DNA of 10,824 nt, from assembly GCA_964511585.1 (NCBI GenBank), contig CAZEFN010000033.1, positions 1-10,824 on the forward strand. The letters are read 5' to 3'. Position 1 is the first letter of the stretch. Each line of letters opens with the position of its first letter. This stretch comes from Candidatus Woesearchaeota archaeon (lineage in GTDB: Archaea; Nanobdellota; Nanobdellia; Pacearchaeales; GW2011-AR1). This document shows, piece by piece, positions 6,912-10,824 of this stretch. Both the position numbers and the translations under genes were made by a program. The notes beneath the pieces were generated by a model. The model was not told the origin of the DNA and ran no database searches. It worked only from the letters and a program-made list of their open reading frames with translations.

Positions 6912-7775
6912 ATGTTAAGAAAAAAAATAGGTCTTGTTTTAGGAGGTGGCGGGGCAAGAGGATTTGCACACATAGGGGTTTTAAAATGGATAGAAGAGAA
7001 TAAAATTCCAATAGATTATGTAGCAGGAACAAGTATTGGAGCAGTAATAGGAGCCTTGCATTGCCTTGGTTACACTGCAGAGGAAATTGAAAATCTAGCA
7101 AAAAAAACAGAATTCAAAAAATTATTTGATTTTACTCTTTCCAGAAAAGGATTAATCAAAGGGGAAAAAATTAAAAACTACCTTAATCAAATTTTCAAAG
7201 GAAAAAAGTTCTCAGATTTGAAAAAACCGCTGTTTGTTGTTGCTGCAGATATAAAAAATCTTGAAGAAGTTATTTTTAATAGAGGGGATTTAGTTAAAGC
7301 AGTTCAAGCAAGCATTTCAATTCCCGGGATTTTTATACCTGTCCAAAATAAAGAAAGAATTTTAGTTGATGGGGGAATTTTAAATAATCTTCCAATAAAA
7401 ACACTTGAATCAAAAAATCCAGATTATATAATTGCAGTAAATCTGGCCGGCGTAAAAACTCTTCAAAAAACTTATGAAACCGCCGTTACCGAAGAAGATA
7501 CCTCAAAAATTTCAAATCTTGTTAAAACATTTTTGGGGGTATACAATTTAATTAATCTGGCTTTACTAGAAAAAAATATGATAAACTCTGAAAGAATATT
7601 GGTAATTTCCCCCAACCTCGAGGGAATTAAGATAAGCAGTTTTGAGAAAATTGATGAGGGAATTAAGGAAGGATACTCTTCTGCAAAAGAAAATTCTAAG
7701 AAAATAAAGTTCTTTGTAAGGAAAGAAGGCTTTTTCGGGCTAGTTAAAAGATTTTTCAACAAAAGTAAACTTTAA
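6912..7775 (+). CDS. patatin-like phospholipase (RssA/COG1752-type)
   Basis: 287 aa with the oxyanion motif GGGGARG, the nucleophile elbow GTSIG and the catalytic Asp motif VDGGILNNLP. The N-terminal block GLVLGGGGARGFAHIGVLKWIEENKIPIDYVAGTSIGAVIGAL is classic for this family. Confidence 0.9.
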   Translation: MLRKKIGLVLGGGGARGFAHIGVLKWIEENKIPIDYVAGTSIGAVIGALHCLGYTAEEIENLAKKTEFKKLFDFTLSRKGLIKGEKIKNYLNQIFKGKKFSDLKKPLFVVAADIKNLEEVIFNRGDLVKAVQASISIPGIFIPVQNKERILVDGGILNNLPIKTLESKNPDYIIAVNLAGVKTLQKTYETAVTEEDTSKISNLVKTFLGVYNLINLALLEKNMINSERILVISPNLEGIKISSFEKIDEGIKEGYSSAKENSKKIKFFVRKEGFFGLVKRFFNKSKL

Positions 7776-7800
7776 AAGTCTATGACTTATTGTAATGTAA

Positions 7801-7868
7801 GGTCCATTAGTCTGGTAGAACACTTCATTTACACCGAGCAGATCCAGGTCCGACTCTTGGTGGGCCCA
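7801..7868 (+). pseudogene. decayed tRNA-Val-like copy (intact 3' half, non-folding 5' half)
   Basis: GGTCCATTAGTCTGGTAGAACACTTCA is followed by the 41-nt repeat. The acceptor strands GGTCCAT/TGGGCCC mismatch at 3 of 7 positions, and no anticodon stem can form against CGAGC. A TATA-like ACTTTAAAAG (7769-7778) lies about 27 nt upstream. Confidence 0.6.
7828..7868 (+). repeat. direct repeat copy 2 of the tRNA-Val 3' portion
   Basis: See 6810-6850. The offset is 1018 nt, and a T-rich flank (TATTGTTATTTATATT) follows. Confidence 0.9.
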
Positions 7869-7906
7869 TATTGTTATTTATATTAAAATAAAAAATATCT
7901 TCATTA

Positions 7907-7918
7907 ATTTTTTAAACT
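7907..7918 (+). promoter_or_regulatory. TATA-like box upstream of tRNA-Gly
   Basis: ATTTTTTAAACT is centred about 27 nt upstream of tRNA position 1 (7940). Confidence 0.4.
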
Positions 7919-7939
7919 CTTTGTTCTAATATTTTTTAT

Positions 7940-8010
7940 GCGTGGTTAGTTTATCGGTAGAATTTTTCGTTGCCAACGAAGAGAGCCGGGTTCGATTCCC
8001 GGACCGCGCA
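7940..8010 (+). tRNA. tRNA-Gly (anticodon GCC)
   Basis: Hand-folded cloverleaf. Acceptor GCGTGGT/ACCGCGC (one G-U), D-arm GTTT-ATCGGTA-GAAT, anticodon stem TTTCG/CGAAG with loop TTGCCAA. The variable loop is 4 nt, and the T-arm CCGGG-TTCGATT-CCCGG has a canonical T-loop. The discriminator is A and no CCA is encoded. Confidence 0.88.
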
Positions 8011-8013
8011 TAT
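7996..8013 (+). repeat. 18-nt direct repeat copy 1 (tRNA-Gly 3' end plus 3 nt)
   Basis: TTCCCGGACCGCGCATAT is identical to 8138-8155. Confidence 0.95.
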
Positions 8014-8137
8014 TCGGGATGAGAACCCGAGGGTTTTGTTCGAAACTGAAATTTCGGACAACGGAGAACGAAGTGACCCACGACGAGAGTTTACACAAGC
8101 CTCGCCTCACAACTGAAAGCGAGTGTGGGCTTGAGCT
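8014..8137 (+). ncRNA. GC-rich hairpin-rich non-coding element of unknown class between the tRNA-Gly 3'-end repeats
   Basis: About 51% G+C by hand count (64 of 125 nt over 8014-8138), against a background near one-third. Hairpins at 8014-8030 (5 bp, loop ATGAGAA) and 8038-8059 (8 bp, loop CTGAAA), plus an imperfect stem-loop at 8097-8132. AACTGAAA occurs twice. There is no ORF. Strand is assumed from co-orientation with tRNA-Gly. Confidence 0.4.
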
Positions 8138-8155
8138 TTCCCGGACCGCGCATAT
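8138..8155 (+). repeat. 18-nt direct repeat copy 2
   Basis: It is an exact copy of 7996-8013 and is followed by TTTT at 8158-8161. Confidence 0.95.
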
Positions 8156-8177
8156 AATTTTCTTCTAAAAGTAGCAA

Positions 8178-8189
8178 CTTTTATAAAAG
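8178..8189 (+). promoter_or_regulatory. TATA-like box upstream of the NTase gene
   Basis: CTTTTATAAAAG is centred about 24 nt upstream of ATG 8208. Confidence 0.4.
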
Positions 8190-8207
8190 AATGTTTTTTA
8201 ATTTATT

Positions 8208-9764
8208 ATGGCTAAAAAGGATGACAATGAAATCCCTGAAATGAATCTTGATAGAAAATATAAGAACAAAAAAATAATTCCTAAAAATTCTGATGAAATT
8301 AAAAAAGACATGGATAAAACAAAAAAAGAACTGGAGAAATTAAAAAATTTTATTGTTAAAAAATATCCTTTTACATTGTCATTGAGTATTTTACCACCAC
8401 AGGCATTAAAATTTTTTATAGATGAAGAAGAAATTCCAAAAGAGACAGAAAAATATATTCAACTTTTTATGATTATTCCTGAAAAAAAATTTAAAGAAGT
8501 TCCAAAAATAAAAAAAGAAATTATCGACGAGATTGAAAAACTACAGAAAAATTTAAAGCAGAAAATCTGGTTGCAGGTCAAGACACCTGTTGATATCTGG
8601 GAAATTTGTCTTGATTCAAAATTTGAATTGCTCGGAGGAATTGCAATGTCTTTCTCGCTTTATGACCAGGCATTTTTAGGTGCATTGCGGGTTGCTGAAA
8701 TTCATAAATCATTGGTTGTTCAAAAGTTTGACAAGTATGTTGTAAGTTATGTTATTTCAGGAAGTTTTCTTCGAGGAGAAGCAACAAAAACTTCTGATGT
8801 TGATGTGTTTGTTATTATTAATGATACTGATGTTAAGAGAATGCCAAGATTAGAATTGAAAGAAAGATTAAGAGCAATGATTCACCAGTATGTTGGAGAA
8901 GCAAGTGCATTGGCAAGTGTTAAAAATGACCTGCATATTCAGACATACTTATTGACGGAGTTTTGGGATTCTGTCAAGGACGCGCATCCTGTTATTTTTA
9001 CTTTTATTCGCGACGGCATTCCAATTTATGATAAGGGAACTTTCATGCCATGGAAAGCACTTTTGAAAATGGGAAAATTAAAGCCGTCTCCAGAATCAAT
9101 TGATATGTTTATGAAAACAGCTGAGAAAACAAAAGAAATGGTTGACAGACGATTAGTCGACGCGATGATTGATGTTTATTATGGCGTGCTAAATCCGTCG
9201 CAGGCAATGGTAATGCTTTATGGCTCTGCACCTCCAACACACAAAGAAACTCCTGAATTAATGAAAAAGATTTTTGTCGAAAAAGAAAAAATGCTAAAAC
9301 AATCAGAAATTGAAATTCTTGGCAAAGCAGTTAAATCATTCAAAAAATATGAACATGACCCAAAGTATAAAATTTCTGGAAAAGAAATTGATGAATTAGT
9401 TAAGGAATCAGACGCTTATTTGAAAAGATTGAAAGAATTAAGAATCCAAATTGAAAAAAGATATAATGAGAAGACAATTGAACAGATTTACAAAGATGTC
9501 TTTGAATTGTTGAAAGCACTTGTAAAAGCAAAAGCACAAAAAGCGATAATCGATGAGTTTGAAAAAGATTTTGTTAAAAAAGGAAAGTTTACCCCACAGG
9601 ATTTGAGAACTTTGAAAGATATTGTGAAGGCAAGGAATGATTTCAAAAAAGGAAAACTTGATGCACATGCTGTAAATGAATCTAGAAAAAATGCATCTGT
9701 ATTGATTAATGATTTAATTGAATATAATCAACGGTGTGAACTTGTTAATAAGAAGAAGGAATGA
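8208..9764 (+). CDS. Pol-beta-superfamily nucleotidyltransferase domain protein fused to HEPN-like helical domains
   Basis: 518 aa. The minimal-NTase signature is VISGSFLRGEATKTSDVDVFVIIND (G185-S186 ... D197-x-D199, nt 8760-8804). The downstream segment AMIDVYYGVLNPSQAMVMLYGSAPPTHKETPELMKKIF has the HEPN-type helix-helix pattern. The N-terminal ~180 aa is Lys-rich, and the C-terminal region is long and helical. Confidence 0.8.
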   Translation: MAKKDDNEIPEMNLDRKYKNKKIIPKNSDEIKKDMDKTKKELEKLKNFIVKKYPFTLSLSILPPQALKFFIDEEEIPKETEKYIQLFMIIPEKKFKEVPKIKKEIIDEIEKLQKNLKQKIWLQVKTPVDIWEICLDSKFELLGGIAMSFSLYDQAFLGALRVAEIHKSLVVQKFDKYVVSYVISGSFLRGEATKTSDVDVFVIINDTDVKRMPRLELKERLRAMIHQYVGEASALASVKNDLHIQTYLLTEFWDSVKDAHPVIFTFIRDGIPIYDKGTFMPWKALLKMGKLKPSPESIDMFMKTAEKTKEMVDRRLVDAMIDVYYGVLNPSQAMVMLYGSAPPTHKETPELMKKIFVEKEKMLKQSEIEILGKAVKSFKKYEHDPKYKISGKEIDELVKESDAYLKRLKELRIQIEKRYNEKTIEQIYKDVFELLKALVKAKAQKAIIDEFEKDFVKKGKFTPQDLRTLKDIVKARNDFKKGKLDAHAVNESRKNASVLINDLIEYNQRCELVNKKKE

Positions 9765-9780
9765 TTTTAAAATAAATAAG

Positions 9781-10431
9781 ATGGAAAAGTATAAGTTATC
9801 ACCAAGTTCTTTAAATCTAATGAAAGAATGTCCTCGCTGTTTTTGGTTAACACAACATAAAGTTTGGAAAAGACCTGCAGGGATTTTTCCAAGTTTGCCG
9901 TCGGGAATGGATAGAATTTTAAAAATTCACTTTGATAAATTTAGAGACAAAAAAGAATTACCTCCAGAACTTTGCAATAATGGAGAATGCACAAATATGA
10001 AATTATTCGACGATAAAGAAAAATTAAAAATCTGGCAATCTAATTTTAAAGGAATAAGTTGGAAAGACAAAAATGGAAACGAACTTCACGGAGCCGTCGA
10101 TAATATTTTAGTTAAAGGAAAAAAATTAATTGTTCTCGACTATAAAACTCGTGGTTATGCAGTTAAAGACGACACAGCAGAACATTACAGATTACAACAA
10201 AATATTTACAACTTTTTATTAAGAAAGAATGGATATGATACCGAAGATTATTTTTTCTTATTATTCTATATCCCAAAAGAAGTTACAGCGACGGGAGAAG
10301 TAATCTTTGATACTGAATTAGTTAAGATGAAAGTTGATGTTAAGATGGCAGAGAAAGTTTGGAAGAGTGCAATAAAATTATTAAATGAGGATTGCCCAAC
10401 TAAATCATGTGAGTGGTGTGAAGGTAAATAA
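9781..10431 (+). CDS. Cas4/RecB-like PD-(D/E)xK nuclease with putative Fe-S cluster cysteines
   Basis: 216 aa counted from ATG 9781; the ORF-track start at 9718 is a TTG inside the upstream gene. The N-terminus reads SPSSLNLMKECPRCFWL. Motifs: GAVD (D107), LDYK (D120-x-K122, nt 10138-10146) and QQNIYNFL (Q-x3-Y). The C-terminus has CPTKSCEWC (C-x4-C-x2-C), which together with an N-terminal Cys gives the Cas4/AddB-type four-Cys arrangement. Confidence 0.8.
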   Translation: MEKYKLSPSSLNLMKECPRCFWLTQHKVWKRPAGIFPSLPSGMDRILKIHFDKFRDKKELPPELCNNGECTNMKLFDDKEKLKIWQSNFKGISWKDKNGNELHGAVDNILVKGKKLIVLDYKTRGYAVKDDTAEHYRLQQNIYNFLLRKNGYDTEDYFFLLFYIPKEVTATGEVIFDTELVKMKVDVKMAEKVWKSAIKLLNEDCPTKSCEWCEGK

Positions 10432-10677
10432 TTAAAAGAGGGAATTCTAGATATCAATATGATAAGCAAGGGGGAAGCGAGGAAAAAAAAGTGATTGAGG
10501 GGGCGGGAAATGAATGAACTTTGTCAACTTGTGAATGGAGTTGTTTCATTAATACATTTTGAGTTTTCTTTAATTGAAATAATGGCTTTTTGTTATTTGC
10601 AAATAAATTTTATGTTAATGAAGTTTAAAATAAAAGTTTAAATAATTAAACCTATTAATAAAATAAAGAGGACTAAA

Positions 10678-10824
10678 ATGAAAAAAGAGATTTTAAAATT
10701 AGGTGTGAACTCTGAGATAATTGAATGGGTAATCAAAACATCTGGTTGGGAAATTGACGAGGAAGTTTACAAATTATACGGAATTTTCGACGAGGAGAAG
10801 AAAATTATTTGGAAAAGTTTAAAT
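10678..10824 (+). CDS. hypothetical protein, 5' fragment running off the window
   Basis: ATG 10678 is preceded by AGAGGA (10667-10672) and the frame is open to the window end (MKKEILKLGVNSEIIEWVIKTSGWEIDEEVYKLYGIFDEEKKIIWKSLN...). Confidence 0.5.
   Translation, partial: MKKEILKLGVNSEIIEWVIKTSGWEIDEEVYKLYGIFDEEKKIIWKSLN

Noticed and set aside
7801-7868. A functional second tRNA-Val, or a 3' half of a Nanoarchaeum-type split tRNA.
   Set aside because: Three of seven acceptor pairs and the whole anticodon stem are unpaired. The conserved block begins at position 32 rather than at a known split site (37/38). No GC-rich leader or trailer complement is visible. A trans-acting 5' half (GGGCCCA...) elsewhere in the genome cannot be excluded without the full genome.
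8019-8116. A C/D-box sRNA inside the GC-rich element (ATGA 8019-8022, CTGA 8046-8049, GTGA 8073-8076, CTGA 8113-8116).
   Set aside because: The box C-like sequences lack the second UGA. The spacers are ~20 and ~33 nt instead of the archaeal ~12 nt. There is no terminal stem, and the first CTGA is sequestered in a hairpin loop.
6912-9764. A CBASS-like system (patatin effector plus a nucleotidyltransferase as the cyclase).
   Set aside because: The patatin has the RssA/COG1752-type N-terminal block rather than a CapV-like sequence. It is separated from the NTase gene by two tRNA-type loci and has its own promoter. The NTase motif is of the generic minimal-NTase (GSxxRG...SDVDV) kind with HEPN-like helices, not an evident cGAS/DncV-like fold. 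Only a profile search could revive this idea.
8208-9764. An archaeal class I CCA-adding enzyme, tempting because both tRNA genes lack encoded CCA and the gene is adjacent to them.
   Set aside because: The NTase motif sits at residue ~185 rather than near the N-terminus. I see none of the downstream CCA-enzyme motifs I remember (for example RTPFH). The C-terminal architecture also looks HEPN-like.
9718-9780. The ORF-track start at 9718 for the Cas4-like gene (MNIINGVNLLIRRRNDFKINK...).
   Set aside because: Codon 9718-9720 is TTG and lies inside the upstream gene, in another frame. The first ATG (9781) follows the upstream stop and begins the conserved nuclease N-terminus.
6601-10469. ORF-track entries 6601-6786, 6624-6851, 6895-7101, 7472-7762, 9438-9668 and 10266-10469 (all on the minus strand).
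   Set aside because: They are antisense to the DUF5654-like gene, tRNA-Val, the patatin gene, the NTase gene or the nuclease gene. Their translations are low-complexity and they have no promoter context.
10463-10641. A purine/G-rich tract (GGGGG 10470-10474, GGGGG 10499-10503, GGG 10505-10507) followed by a 43-codon ORF (ATG 10510 to TAA 10639-10641). I considered it as a G-quadruplex, a riboswitch-like leader or a small gene.
   Set aside because: There are only three G-runs of 3 or more. I could find no convincing stem-loops. The ORF translation (MNELCQLVNGVVSLIHFEFSLIEIMAFCYLQINFMLMKFKIKV) has no distinguishing features. The GC-rich patch is noted as unexplained but too weak to call.
1-10824. 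A window-wide search for CRISPR arrays, IS elements or terminal inverted repeats, integrase or transposase genes, and rRNA.
   Set aside because: I could see no regularly spaced direct repeats, no recombinase-like ORF and no rRNA-like GC-rich stretch. The only repeats found are the two tRNA-derived direct repeats reported above.

Overview
This is an AT-rich archaeal chromosomal fragment, about one-third G+C by eye. The archaeal call rests on a thermosome gene, tRNA genes without encoded CCA, and A/T boxes centred about 24-27 nt upstream of most start codons (leaderless-type promoters). A DPANN-like small-genome lineage is my inference from the very low GC and the lysine-rich proteins. All homology calls come from reading motifs by eye, with no searches run.

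Gene order, left to right:
- A tight three-gene cassette: a 50-aa antitoxin-like ORF, a DUF5678-like protein and a single-domain retropepsin-like aspartic protease.
- Three minus-strand genes: a signal-peptide/TM surface protein with CARDB/DUF11-like signatures, an orphan 177-aa protein, and a CBS-pair protein with a zinc ribbon.
- The thermosome, with an unannotated 59-codon Cys-rich ORF overlapping its stop (ATGA).
- An EamA/DMT-type transporter on the minus strand.
- A frameshifted DUF5654-like small membrane protein gene.
- tRNA-Val(UAC), an RssA-type patatin phospholipase, and a decayed tRNA-Val copy whose 3' 41 nt are still near-identical to the intact gene.
- tRNA-Gly(GCC), followed by a 124-nt GC-rich hairpin-rich non-coding element that ends in an exact 18-nt repeat of the tRNA-Gly 3' end.
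- A 518-aa nucleotidyltransferase/HEPN-like fusion protein, followed 16 nt later by a standalone Cas4/RecB-like Fe-S PD-(D/E)xK nuclease.
- The 5' end of one more ORF.

No CRISPR array, rRNA, integrase or transposase is visible.

The items most worth follow-up are the two independent tRNA 3'-end duplications (especially the structured GC-rich element beside tRNA-Gly), the NTase-HEPN plus Cas4-like gene pair next to that hotspot, and the DUF5678/retropepsin cassette.
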